The translations under genes and the position numbers were made by a program. Under the pieces are notes generated by a model. It was not told the DNA's origin. It did no database searches and saw only the letters and a list, made by a program, of their open reading frames with translations. A DNA stretch of 43,209 nt from Dirinaria sp. TL-2023a. Lineage: Eukaryota. Shown here piece after piece: positions 11,953 to 24,654 of the stretch (position 1 is the first letter of the stretch; the number at the start of each line of letters is the position of its first letter). Location: contig JAVEBF010000033.1 of NCBI GenBank assembly GCA_051941275.1, forward strand, positions 1 through 43,209, given 5' to 3'.

Positions 11953-12335
11953 AGGAGGATCTTATCACAAACATTATTATGTAACTGTAGCTTGTCTCTT
12001 TTTCTTAGTCCGCGCACCACCATTGCTGTAACATATTCCTGATTCAATAGTTGGATGGGTGTGATATGACGGAACATTGAACGAAGCTCTGGAGTGAAGC
12101 AATATCAACGAAGAACATGTCACCAGAGAATATTCCGCACGCAAGTTCGATGTTGCTGCTCCAATCATTCTGTTCCCGAGAAAGCATCATCTCAAGCCTC
12201 TGCGCGCATTTTTGATGCTGGGCACATTATTGATTGTGATTGAAGGAGCCGATGACTATGTAAGTCCCAGCATACTATTCTTTCAAAGCTTCCCTCGACT
12301 TGATTAGAAATCCAAGTCTTTCGTTCACGCGTCTT

Positions 12336-12878
12336 TCAAATCTTCCATGAAGTCCTGTTTCCCCTGCTTAGCTGGACATCGGGGGCTCGCCCCACTGTCA
12401 CATAGAAACTCCCAAGCTTTCCCACTTGCTCAATGCCCCCATATGGCTCGTCGGTCTTGTCCTGGACGCATGCTGTGATGATCTTCTGAGCGCGCTGTGC
12501 GATGTCGGCGTAAGAGAAATCCTCCCCATCGTAGTCGTTGGCACAACCGACGTATATAGTGCAATCGTCGTTTCTCCATTCCTTGGGAACATTGACACCG
12601 ACTTTCTGACTTCGGCTGAAATGAGTTTTCGCTTTGAAGCCGGGTTGACGGACTAATTTGCCCATGGCAAGGCGACAGTCTGCAAGGTTTGTGAAATGTA
12701 TGCCTTGATACGAGTGTTGGTCAAAACACTGCCCCTTTATGTGATTGGTCCTACTAGCAGCCTCATAATCCTGGAATAAGTGGTAGTTACTAATGATGCT
12801 AGTATGAGCTTGCGCCAGGAACATAAAGATAATTGCAGCAACTGCGGGTAGAGACAAGGGGCTTTTGATGCAAACCAT
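12336..12878 (-). CDS. Small secreted cysteine-containing protein (effector-like; possible Ecp2/KP4-like fold)
   Basis: Intronless 180-aa ORF from ATG 12878 (alternative ATG 12896). Hydrophobic signal peptide SLPAVAAIIFMFLAQA and 5 Cys in the mature part. Pattern DC..A...VP..W...C.I...FS..DIA..A..II..CV....GG...VG....F.V.V. Confidence 0.75.
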   Translation of the reverse strand: MVCIKSPLSLPAVAAIIFMFLAQAHTSIISNYHLFQDYEAASRTNHIKGQCFDQHSYQGIHFTNLADCRLAMGKLVRQPGFKAKTHFSRSQKVGVNVPKEWRNDDCTIYVGCANDYDGEDFSYADIAQRAQKIITACVQDKTDEPYGGIEQVGKLGSFYVTVGRAPDVQLSRGNRTSWKI

Positions 12879-13847
12879 TTCGCCTACGTCTGTCATGGAA
12901 CCACTTCGTCATCGGATTCGTTTTATAACGTCTTAAAAGGTAGAACTGTCCATTGCTTGCGCTGCGAATCGTGCGCAATTATTGCAGTACCGATGCGCCA
13001 TCAGACTGGTCACAGGAGCTGCTTAAAGTATTGGTGAATTGCGATGCGGCATTAAATGACCGCTATGATTCATCCCAAGGCTTTTTTTGTTAGGCCATGG
13101 GAGCATGGAATGATCAATCGTAGTTGGTTTGATTCGTCAGGATTCATTGTAATCGGCAACCACGCGCTTCTATGGCTATTGATTGCACAACCGCACAAGC
13201 AGCAAGCTCGACAATAATCCAGCTTTGCGCAGCTACGACGTGGCCTCGCTAATAATAGATGACGGAGAATTGCTGCTGTATCAGCAAAAGCATCCCACAG
13301 TAATTACCCGACGTTGGAGACTGCACAGTAAAACTGTAAAAGGCACACGCCGTCGAGCACGCGATCCCTGATCGGTTTAGTAAGATCTGTTCGAGCTTCT
13401 CGGAAAGGCTATCACTGATTCACTTGTCGCCAGACCGCGGCTTTTGTGTTTGCGCATTATTTCAAGAGTGACGCGTTACCAACAATGGAATCTCAAGTGC
13501 TACGTTGGGTTACTCCGCTTAGCATAGCGGCTTCTCACAATTCAGAATGAAGCATGGAGAAGATGGCCTACAGTACAGTATTCTTTGTACCATTAGCGCC
13601 TACGACTCATCGATAATGTATGCACAGAGCAATAAATGTGATAGAAGTAAACATTAAATGGACGTTCGGGCATTTAACACGTAGATATGCCACTGATAAG
13701 ATTAGGTGGATAGGCTGCCCCCGATTCTCCTAGACTGTCAGAAATCCTTCGTTAGTATCCTCAAACTCTCGGCGCAGCATGGAGAGACACAGTTACATGT
13801 GTCCGTGACCGTCTGAGGTAGTCACTCAGAATCCCTGCATCATCATC

Positions 13848-14807
13848 ATGGACTCAATGAACGACGACCTCGGTCTCCCGCAGAACCTCTCAACACTCGC
13901 ATTCGAGCGGTTCGACGAGCTGCATTCGAACGGAAAGCTGCTCTACGGACCCTCAACCCCTGAAGTCGTACAACATGATGGTTTCACGGTATGAAAAAAA
14001 AAAAGCCCACTATTGCCGCTCTCTCGAAGCACTTCAACGCTGACTGTTGTGGATTGTTGCACATAGTTCCAATTTTCCATTCCTCCTGCCGTCTCCAGCA
14101 AGCCGGTCCTCCCACCTTCTGACCCTTCGCGCTCCAAGCCCGGCGGACCGTTCTTGCACCCCGATCCTCAGTTCGTCCTATGCCGCGCCGGACCCTCGCA
14201 TACCCTGGAGCTGAATAAGCATTGCATACTCCGTCCAATGTACATACTGCATACCACGGAGTACGAGAAGCAGAAGGACGATCTGGATTTGGACGACTTG
14301 AGAGCTACTTGGGCAGTTCTGGGCCACCTGGGAGCAGAGGGCCAGGAGGTGATGGCGATTTATAATTGCGGTGTTGAAGCAGGCGCTAGTCAAGGCCACA
14401 AGCATGTGCAGATCTTTCCACGGCCGAAAAAGGAAGTCTTTGAGCTTTGGACTGATCGGGTGAAGACACGAGAAGGGAGGATTAGTACCGACAAGACAAT
14501 ACCATACAAGCATTTTTTAACGCACATCTCCAAGAATGCGACCGCTGAGGATGTTTGCAGCTGTTATGAAATGTTATTGTTGGAGATAAGGCCCATATTG
14601 GAGGGAAATGGGACTGAAGACTATAATATGGTTCTGGTGAAGGAGTGGATGTTGATGATACCCAGGCGGCACCATGGAAGAAATGCCGTGGAGGCAAACG
14701 CAGTAGGCATGATGGGGATGGTATGGTTGAAGAGTCAAGAAGAGCGAGAAGGGTGGACCGAACTCGGTATGACGGAACATTTGAGGTACCTCGGTGTACC
14801 AGCTTGA
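13848..14807 (+). CDS. APA2: Diadenosine tetraphosphate (Ap4A) phosphorylase / ATP adenylyltransferase
   Basis: Exons 13848-13988 and 14067-14807 (intron GTATGA..ATAG). Catalytic YNCGVEAGASQGHKHVQ (HxHxQ), plus GPF..PDP, LNKH, YN.VL..EWMLMIPRR and NAVGMMGMVW. Confidence 0.88.
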
Positions 14808-15307
14808 TTTGCTGGGCGAGCTATTCCAAAATCACGAACTTTGGTAAGATGGCCGACCTTGATTGTGGCGTGCTGTCTATTATCATGCAAAGAATTCGAC
14901 ACCTACTTTGATGAGCATCATCACATTGTTTTGGCCTCTGTCAGCTTCCTCTTAGTCCTCAACCTGTCAAGGCAAAAAATGAACGCGCCGGGGGAAATGC
15001 TGAACGGTTAGAGCCTCGAGGTTTTGACGATTACAGCCCACATGTGACAGCTTGGGAAATACGGATTCAGGGATGTCAATGGTTAGTGGAACATGTGCCA
15101 GGTTTTTCGCACAATGACGGAATATCTGGGTATCTCAAAATAACAACCGATACAGAAGCACAGTGAGTTTCTCTGCCTATGCTTCCCATTAGGCTACCAG
15201 AGCCTTTGAAAATGCACCCTCATGGGCCTGCCCATGATGTCCTCGAAACCCCTTGCGGTTGCGTTCGCCTCGGAAAAGCCGTTTAGGTCAGATTCCTATC
15301 CAGTATC

Positions 15308-15871
15308 CTAAGTTCTTTCAACTGAGTCCGTCAATTCTAAGGATTCGGCCTGTGGAGGTGACTCGCTTGGTGGCGCTTGGAACAGGGTGGCTAATTGCCA
15401 GGGACGTTTCGCTCGTGCAGCAATCATTCGACGTTTGGAGCATGGCGGAGGAGCATCAACTACCGATGACGAGGAGAGAGATGAAGCAGCTGAAGACGTA
15501 CGTGATCTCGAGGACGATGCGGTAGAGGAAGTCATGAGTGCTTTGGTCGCTATATGCAGAAAGTAATCTTAATCAAAGAACAAAAAGTCTGAACCTCCTG
15601 GATTATGTCGCTCACAGGTGGGACATCTCTCACTTTATGTGAGCCAATGTGACTGCTTAAACGTCATACCTGAAACTACGTTGTTGTTTGAGGGTCTGGC
15701 AATTTGAAACGAAACGTGGTCGGGGGAGAGAATCACAGGATCGATGTTAGTTTCAGCAATGCCACCTGTCGCAAAGCCACACACAACCAATTTTATGCTT
15801 CTTGAATCCACTGCAGGAGCTTCTACCACAATTATACCATTCCCGACGATTTCATACCATTGGCTTTCCAA
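15308..15871 (-). other. Possible remnant or poorly defined coding locus with a Ser/Thr-rich segment
   Basis: ORFs 15635-15871 and 15308-15535 join in frame through a GTATGA..ATATAG intron (15550-15669). No start codon or homology recognised. Confidence 0.22.
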
Positions 15872-17088
15872 GATTTAAACGTGGTATCTGGAGTCGATGC
15901 AGCGGAATCGCTTTTTTAAAAGACCATGTTTAGAATGGGGTCTTAGATCCTTGTTCTACAATTTTCTGCTCCGTACTCGTACATGTATCATCCGCAGATA
16001 CACCCCTGTTCTTGTCCTACCAAGTAACATTATGCGACAAGACTTGAATAATGGAACCGAGTCCGAGACTGGTGTGTCCAAAGATATCCACGAGCCACAG
16101 GGCTGAAAATGCCAAATGAGAACAGCTGGCCTGTGCCGTCCTCAGGTTTTTGACTATCGCAATTTTTACGGCTTGAATGTTCAGGCTACGCAAATAATCT
16201 CAACGCCGATGGAAGTGTCAGTCGACCCAGTTTGCTACCGGTACCGCATTTGACCATGAGTTATGTACATAGGCCCTAGATAGCTGTCCGGTACGATTTG
16301 TTAATAACTAGGCGACGTCGCTATGGAAGAACCATATTAAGAGAAAAAATCTTGACATCGATCAAGCTCTGCTTGTTGATCCATTGTTTGATTTCTTCAG
16401 TGGCCACCCCATTTATCGTTGCACTCAACCCCTGATGGCACTTGTTGCTACAGCTGATCCAAGCTGTCACGCTTTAAGTATCATTTTTTGGACTGGACGA
16501 ACGGCTCGGTTGTTTTTACTATCACTACTCCAATGGCTGTGGTCTTCTTTCTCAAATAAAGTGTCGCGTAATAGTGGAAACAAAGCACGTGAATTAGGCT
16601 TGACGTTGATGAGACTTTCATTTCCTCACCTCAGGCTGAGCGAAGCACCGGCCCAAGTCTGGATGATAGCAAATTCTAGTGATAGCTTGGACGTCCGGGA
16701 AACAAATTGCGCGACTTTGACTAGCTGTCATCGTATTCTACTAGAGCGAGTAATGCTAGAAGCCTTTCAAGATCTATGAATCGAAAGTAGGGTGCGGGCG
16801 CCGATTAATGGAAGCTCGTAAGGTACGGGTTTGCCCCTTTTCTGCGCTGGCGACGAAATGGAACGCTGGACGGAACCCCGGAACCAAACATCTGCAAGCC
16901 TTGGGAGCTTGGCATGCTTGGCAACTTGGCAAGACGCGACGCATCCATATTCAGTCCCATATCAAATGATGACAACTCTCCTCCTACAAGACACAATCGC
17001 ACGACGTCTCGCGCAAATCTTCGCTGATCTGACTGATCCAAAAGCTGGCTCAGTCCATTAAGCTCCCCAACACTTACTCGATTCTTTT

Positions 17089-20000
17089 ATGCAACCCGAG
17101 CCCACACAAGTAACCCAGAAAAGCTCCTTACCAGAAGTCGTTCAAGATTCCAACCACCTTCACCATCATGGATCCCTACAACAAGAAGAACACGTTCTCG
17201 GCGGGATCTCCTCCGGAGAGCCCGAGGGCACAGGCTTATACGCACCTGATAACCCCGCGGCGCCCTCGGCGGGGCTCGCTGCCATTAGCTCTACCCCACC
17301 AGAGCCTCCTGTTGCCGGGTTGAGCTCTGCATCGCGGCGACTATTGAAGTCACCAGTTAACCGAATCTCTGAGCACGAGCAAGCGTCTCTCAATGCTTCC
17401 AAGAAGAGTAGTCGTGGTCCTGCATTTACCGTAGTATCGACGGGCAAAAGACCACGGCTAAGACAAGCTCATATCACGGATTTCCCAAATGGTTAGCAAT
17501 GCATTTCTCTTGTGGAAATAGGTTGCTAAATCTTGTTAGAGGTCCTGACACATATTCTTTCCCACCTCCCGCCTCTTTCTTTATCGGATGTGTCCCTTGT
17601 GTCTCATCGGTTTCATGATCTGGTCACAACACCACATGCTTGGCGGATGGCATTCTCAAGATTCTTCCCTGGCCCGGAAGCAATCAGCTTGCCAGATTCT
17701 CGGCCGGAGGCTTTTCACGCGGAGTCAGAAACGCTTAGAACGCAGACACGCGCTTTCACTCGGTTGACTGGGCTTGCATCCTGGCGAAGCGAGTATGTTT
17801 TGCGTACACGATTATTACGTTCCTTGGCCCGCGGAAAGCCCGCAGAAGTTCAAGGTTCCTCGGGGCCGGCATCATCTAGATCGTCTTCTGTGCAGGCGGG
17901 AAATGCTCAAATAACTTACAATTCGAATCTGATTACGCCGGTCAGCCATATACACGCAACTTTTGGCGCGGGCCTCAACAGAAAGCTCCCATTATTCATT
18001 CACGGGACGGATGAGACCGGCTCTGCTTCCTTGAGTGATCCAAGAATCGGTAAAGTGGAGCAGTGGGGCTTTCTCGATCCTCAAGCGTTCTCACAATTTC
18101 AAGACCGCTACCCCGGTGACGCTCTGTACGGGCTTGGTGCGGCCGATATAGTTGGTGTACCGAATTCTATGGACATTAGTCAAGCCTACGGTATGGTCTA
18201 CGGAGAAGGCTGGCCGGGAGGTCTCGTGTACTACAGATCGACCGAAGAGAAGCGTGGACGCTCATTAGCTCCTTTCGTCGATACATCATCTATCTATGTT
18301 GGCGCTCCTCGGCTTCCGGAGCTTGACACAATTTGCACCGTCTGGATTGCGAAGAATCATGGCATACCTGACGCCTCTGAAGGGCTAATTGGCTTACTCG
18401 TGGGAACATCAAGTGGTGTAATTTCGGCTTACTCCTCTGGGTCCAACAATCCTCACGAGCGGCGGCTCGAACGTGGCGAACTCACAGCTCGCTGGGTGTT
18501 AAGCCCAGGGGTTCCAATCACAGCAATTATAGTTGACGAGGACTTCTCCACGCAACGACAGGCACAGTTTCGTATATGGGCTGTTGCACTCAACGCTTTA
18601 GGAGAAGTATTCTATCTCAGTCGATTCCCCAGTAGGCTTGAGGCTTTGACGCGCGCCATGCGACTGAACGATCAGCAGTGGGAGGTCCTAGCTTGGAAAA
18701 CAGGCCGTACTGTTTTCTGGGAATTGGTCGAGCCGACAAGACGTACTGCTAAGGTAAATCCGTTCGATGATGCAGGCGTGGACGGTAGCTACTCTCCGAG
18801 GACATCCTGGAACAACATGGGGTTGAGTGACGAGCAAATCGCTGCCGAATCAAGGGAAATTCAAGCGTTTACTGAACATAAGCCGGATCACTTCCAAAAA
18901 GTCTGTGAAGGATGGGACATGCAAAGACGTCTGCTAGTCGATTTTGCTGCTAGCGATGTCGATGCGGCTGGTGAAGGTATTGTAGTCATAGAATGTGGGC
19001 TTGAAGGAGGGAGAGCTGCTGCTGTGAGACGCTACACCCGTTGCAAGACACGAGAATCCTCGAAGGACGTGCCCAAGTGTCTGCCTCTATCTCAGCAGCC
19101 TAATGTCGTCAGTAATGCCAACAATCCATCAATCTTCGGTGGCACCGCCACCGATCCCGAGTCACCAGCCTGGTCTTTCGATGCCGTTTATCCCGCACGT
19201 CAGAATTCCGATGCGGGATCGGAGACCTCGGCGTCTTCAAATGTGGTTGAAGAGTGGCTAACCTCCGCTTTGTCGCTTGCTAGTCTAAAGTCTGTCCAAA
19301 TCACCGCTACTGCTATAGACACGTCGACGTTTGCTGCACTGACCATTTTCGAAGACCCGCTTCTCGCCATGGCGGGTTCGTCGGCTACGACTTCACCCAA
19401 TGTGTCTCCCGTTAGTCAGACGCCTCTACGCGGATCGATGATGGATATGCCGGGTCAACGTGCTAGGCTTATGGCCGTAGGGACCAAAACTGGTACTGTG
19501 ATCATCTGGAATATCCGAGCTTCCCTGCCCAGCAACAGCTCCTTGGATAATGTCATTGCGCCCATCCGCATAATATACACCGACTCTCCTCAAATCTCGT
19601 GCCTGGCTCTCTCTGCGCTCTATCTCGTCCACGGCGGCAACGATGGTCTCGTTCAAGCCTGGGATCCATTGGCCTCAACTACAGAACCGATTCGCACGCT
19701 CAACTCGCGTTTCTCATCTCGTGCTCGACGTCGACTCGTCCAAGCCGAAGCATCACCACAAGGTGTTGGTATCAATCTATTCGCAGCAGGCGCTCTCTAC
19801 CTCGATCCTGATCCAACTAGTCTCCGTGGGATGGTATCCCTCGGTACGCACCTTCGCTACTGGAGTTATAGCTCTTCTGCTGCGGATCAGTATAAAGGCA
19901 ACAAGCGTAAACTTCGTCGAGCCGATAGAGGTAGCAATCAGCATGCCGACCGGTTCTCCGGCACTGGGAGAGGTGCCTTAAAAGAATACATAGCTAATGA

Positions 20001-20520
20001 AAAACATGAGCTCGAGATGGAGAAGAGAAAAAAGCGAAAGGAGCAGGAGCGGCTCGCAGGGAGGTTCGGCGTCGACCTTCTGGGGCCTGGAGCCACCGAG
20101 GACGAAGTTCTTGCTTATGCTACCCTACTCAGCAAAGAGGCTGCCGCAAGCGATGAGCTTAGGCGTAAAAGTGCAAGTTCCAGCGAAAGTCATGAGACTA
20201 TCGTTGACGAAGTCTCTATGCCGGCTACTGAAAGTACTACTGCTATCGACGAGGACGAGGCCGACACTGATATCAGGGAAGCTATCAGGCTTAGCCTCCA
20301 AGAGAGCACCACTGCAAGGGGAGCTGAGCCAAGTCAAGCTTCCTTCGCCACACGGCAGACAGAACTTAATTCTTTACTTCCCTCAATGCCTCAGGGGTCG
20401 ACTGCCGAAATAGATGACCTCGAACTTGCCCTGAGACTGAGCCTAGAGGAGGAGAGGAGTCGGAAGACAACTTCTCGCTCTGAAGACGAAGGGGCGAAAG
20501 GCAAACACCGTGCCCGTTAA
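17089..20520 (+). CDS. pof10: F-box / WD40-like protein with C-terminal UIM-like motifs (S. pombe Pof10-like)
   Basis: Exons 17089-17491 and 17540-20520. F-box TDFPN|EVLTHILSHLPPLSLSDVSLVSHRFHDLV..W spans the intron. WD-like LVHGGNDGLVQAWD; UIM-like DIREAIRLSLQE and DLELALRLSLEE. Confidence 0.88.
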
Positions 20521-20876
20521 ACAACGATCAGCGGGGTATTCGCCAAAGAGATCAAAGTTTCTATGCTTTCATTATGCGCTTTTAATTTTCGTATTCGGTC
20601 ATAAGGCTCTAAAGCACTTCCGATCGCAAGCTTCTTCATTGTATCAGTTTTAGATCATGTTTATTCTACTATTGCTCAACTGCCCGTTCTACTACCGACA
20701 CTCACCTGGCTCGTTCAGCTAAATTTTCCTTATTAGTCTAGATAATACATTCACTATGGCCACAATGATCAGTATCAAGCCTTCTCAAGTTTTTACCGAA
20801 GATTTCCAATCAACAACCCTCACGGCTCACTGTCCTTCGCAACAAGTGGACAGCTATCTAGATCTCTCCAGAACTT

Positions 20877-21932
20877 TCAATCTTCCTTGCTCTTCTCAAC
20901 CAACACCTCTCCTTCCCCTGCCCTTCTAACAACCACATCCCCATTCGCCATACCAAAGTATGCGGCCACGGGCTTCTGCCCTCCCGTGCTGCCTCCTTTC
21001 GCCAACATCTCTTCCCCATTAACGCCACAAAATAACCCTACGCTTAAAACCCCCTCAATCATCTTGATCTCCCTGGCTAGCTCTTCTACCAACCACTGCC
21101 CACCCTTCCCCCTCCCGAGTTCATTGAGATTGGTACCGAGCCCATCTATCCCGCCTCCTACAGCCTTTGTTCCGGTACCTGAAGGTGGCGGGACCTGTTG
21201 ACCGTGAGGCAGATCGGAGTGAAGGAGTAGGGGGGGGAAGGGAGCGTCGATGATGAAGTTGTCTTGGTCGGTTTTTATTGGCCCAGCCTTGGCGAGGTGC
21301 CCTTCACGCAGGACGGGGGAGAGGCTGCCGAGGCGTTCAAGGGCCACGAGGACGGTGCTTGCAGCTAGAGGTTCTACTTCTACGGGTATGGAAGGCCAAT
21401 TGGAGAGCAGACGGGTGCGGAGTTTCCGGTGGTCTATGAACAGAAAGAGAGCTGGTCAGCTGGGATCAGAGGTCATGCATCGCTTCGTGTCCCCGCCAGA
21501 AGAATGCTGCAGGGGCAAGAGACGAAAGAACCCACCAGCAACGCACACGAACTTCTTCGCCCTCGTAGCCACCAGTTTTTCCTGATACAAGCACGCACCG
21601 CCTCCCTTGATGCAATTCAGTTCCTCGTCCACTTCGTCGGCGCCGTCGAATGCGACCTCGATCATGGCGTCCCGAGGCAACGAATCGTACTTGATGTCTT
21701 GCAGTCCTGCGTCGTAGATTACTTTCCGCGACTGGTAGCCCGTGGGGACGAATTGGATCTTCTCAATGCGGGGATCTTTGAGGGCTTGGATGGTTTCCAC
21801 GACGTAGACTATGGTCGAGCCCGAACCGATCCCTATGTAGCGCGCGGTGGCATCGAAATGATCAGCCACCGCACGTATGGCGGCGGCTCGTTTGGCGGAT
21901 TCGATGGCCGCGGCGGGGTCGAGGGTTGACAT
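20877..21932 (-). CDS. RKI1: Ribose-5-phosphate isomerase A (in-frame upstream ATG at 22172 also present)
   Basis: Motifs [28 protein letters not shown] and [13 protein letters not shown]. Splicing intron 21434-21535 restores FVCVA|DHRKL. Confidence 0.95.
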
Positions 21933-22172
21933 TGTGCTGGTCGCACTTGAGCCCGGAGCGTCTCGCTTGTGGATCGGTTGATAGATTGGGCGAGCTCTAT
22001 AGGAACGAACAAGATATCTGGAATAGCAATTGAGTGAAGTGAGTGCTTTGCCTACTGTACTACGAGCGCCAATCCACCTTGACGGCTCAGTAGGTGCGCG
22101 TATCCAACGCTGCGATGAGGAAGAAGATGAAAAGATCGCTGATGCTTTTTCTATGCTCTGAGATCGAAGCAT

Positions 22173-22529
22173 TCATGGGTCACCGGGATTGGGACCAAAG
22201 TTGCTTATTCACACGCTTACCCATACATCTGCCGCATCTGACAGCACGCACAATCAGCGTAAGTATGGATACCTTAAGGTATGGTTCAACTTTCATAAAG
22301 TGGGGGTGGTGGGGGTTGAGTCTCAGCCCTATCACCAGCCTTTCGGGCCGCCATGTCCGCCCCTACCGCCCCGCCTGAGCCCGTGAGCCGCCGAGGCCGC
22401 CTAGGTAAATATCAAGTATTGATCGCAGTACCTTAGGACGTTCTCCTCTCCGCCTCATGTCGGAAATGACTTCAGAACAGTCTTCATACAAGCTGCCTCA
22501 TCGTACTTAAACGCTCACTGGAAATCGTG
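22173..22529. promoter_or_regulatory. Short bidirectional promoter between RKI1 and ULA1
   Basis: Head-to-head genes. Six CCGCC motifs lie in 22348-22401, with a G-run and hairpin at 22305-22336. Confidence 0.55.
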
Positions 22530-24335
22530 ATGTCGGCCATATCTGCCACACCGGCGCCTTTGCAAGCTCGCGAAGCGGATGATGTCTCAGTTCGCCAAGT
22601 CACGCTTTCGAAGAGAGACAAGAAATACGATCGGCAGCTGCGCTTATGGGCTGCGAGTGGACAGGATGCTCTCGAAAATTCTCATATACTACTTCTGAAC
22701 TCAGGTCCTGGTATTGTGGGCATTGAGGCGCTCAAGAACCTCATCTTGCCTGGCATTGGCAAGTTCACGATAGTTGATGAAGCAAAAGTCCAGGAGGAGG
22801 ATCTGGGCGCGAACTTCTTCTTGAGTGAAACCAGTCTAGGGAAGTCAAGAGCCCAAGCGACTGCCAGCTACTTACAAGAGCTTAACCCTGAGGTCACTGG
22901 TATTGGCGTTCCTGAAGTACGTGTGAAATCGGGAGCTCCTTGTCCGAGTAAGCCATAGCTAATCATCGCCTCAGAGTCTGGAGAACTTTGTTAATATGCC
23001 CAATAGCCTGGAAGTATATAGTCTCATCATGCTTATGGGACCTGCCAGCTCTGTCATCCTGGATAAGCTCTCCGGACATGCTTCTCAGCACTCCATACCT
23101 TTCTTCTACATGCACTCGATAGGCTTCTACTCTCATTTCTCCGTACAGCTCCCTCCTCATTTTCCTTGCGTCGACACACATCCCGAACCCGAAGAGACAG
23201 AAGACCTGCGACTTTTGAGACCTTGGCCAGAGCTCACGACTTTCATGCGGGTTAAGACGCGCGATATGGACACCATCTCCGATCACGAGCACGGCCACAT
23301 CCCATACGTCTTGTTGCTCCTGTACTATCTGGAAGTCTGGAAAGAATCTCATGAAGGGAAACTACCCTCTGGTTATCAGGATAAAAAATCGTTCAAAACA
23401 CTACTTGAGCAAGGAGCGCGAAAGAGCAGCGCAGAAGGAGCTGGAGAGAATTTCGAAGAGGGAATAAAAGCTGTTAATAAGAGCTTGAATCTGCCTGAAA
23501 TATCTAGTGGACTTCGGGCGATATTTGAAGCTGAAGAGTGCAGCTCTCCTACCGCAGAAGTAAGAAATACATTATCGATCATGCCAGTTTTTGGCTAATG
23601 TATGGGCAGACCCCCAACTTCTGGATCATTGCAAATGGTATTCGCGACTTCTACTCCAAGCATGGCGAATTGCCCTTGCCAGGGGCATTGCCAGATATGA
23701 AAGCTCAGTCAGCGGACTACATCCAGCTTCAAAACATCTACAAGGCTAAAGCTCGAAAAGACCTCTCTGAAGTCACCGATAGGGTGCGCGCTACTGAAGC
23801 AGAGTTGATGAGGGACAAATCAATCGACGAGCGAGAGATCGAGGCATTCTGTAAAGGAGCTGCATCAGTAAAGTTGATTCACGGACGGCCTCTCAAAGTT
23901 GCGCAAACCCCAAAGAAGCTCGACTGGGCCGATACGGCAAGAGCACTGTGCGAAGAGCTGAATGACGAAGCATCGCCCTTCTTCCTTTACATCGGCTTTT
24001 TAGCCTATGACTACACCAGAAGCGAGCAAAGAGATGCGAAAGGGGAGCAATATAATTATAGTGAGCCTATGATATCTTACTGCAAGGACACCATCCATCG
24101 TCTCCAAAGTCAAGGAGGTCTAGAAGTGGACTCTGAGTCTGCCATGGCAACTGTGGAGAAGGTGGTTGCTGAAATGGACAGAGCTGGAGGAGGTGAGCTG
24201 CATAATATTTCCGCGCTCACAGGCGGGATGATTGCCCAGGAGGTCATCAAAGTCATCACCAAGCAGTATATACCTTTTGATAACACATGCGTGTTTGACG
24301 GCATAGCAAGCAAAGCGGGTGTGTTCCGGGTGTGA
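22530..24335 (+). CDS. ULA1: NEDD8-activating enzyme E1 regulatory subunit (APP-BP1/NAE1)
   Basis: Exons 22530-22916, 22975-23559 and 23610-24335. Motifs [53 protein letters not shown] and [16 protein letters not shown]. Confidence 0.95.
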
Positions 24336-24654
24336 GTGTTGAAAGCATTGCATGGCTGGCCGAGTTGTGTCTGTAAAGCATAGCAAATGGAGTCTTGCTA
24401 AGTGTCAATCTTGATCTGCTGAAGCTTGCAAAGAGACAAAGGTCCATGAAGCTCGGCGCCGAGCAACAAGCAGGGTTGGTGATGTAACTATATACCTGTG
24501 TCATATCTGTGAGTTTCTCTCTTCCTTGCATGTCCAACACCATTTTTCATGCATATCTAAGCGTCTTTCGCTATTCCAGTCGAACAGTCCTCCTGATACA
24601 ATACTCTTTCCATCAGTCCATCGAAGTAGTTGAGAGACATCAACACTCAATATC

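Noticed and set aside
12033..12041. snR30/U17 m1-like motif ATATTCCTG
   Set aside because: No downstream m2 (AAACCAT) followed by an ACA box.
16858..17061. Upstream ORF in frame with pof10, separated by one TAA
   Set aside because: No recognisable protein features or readthrough context; probably chance.
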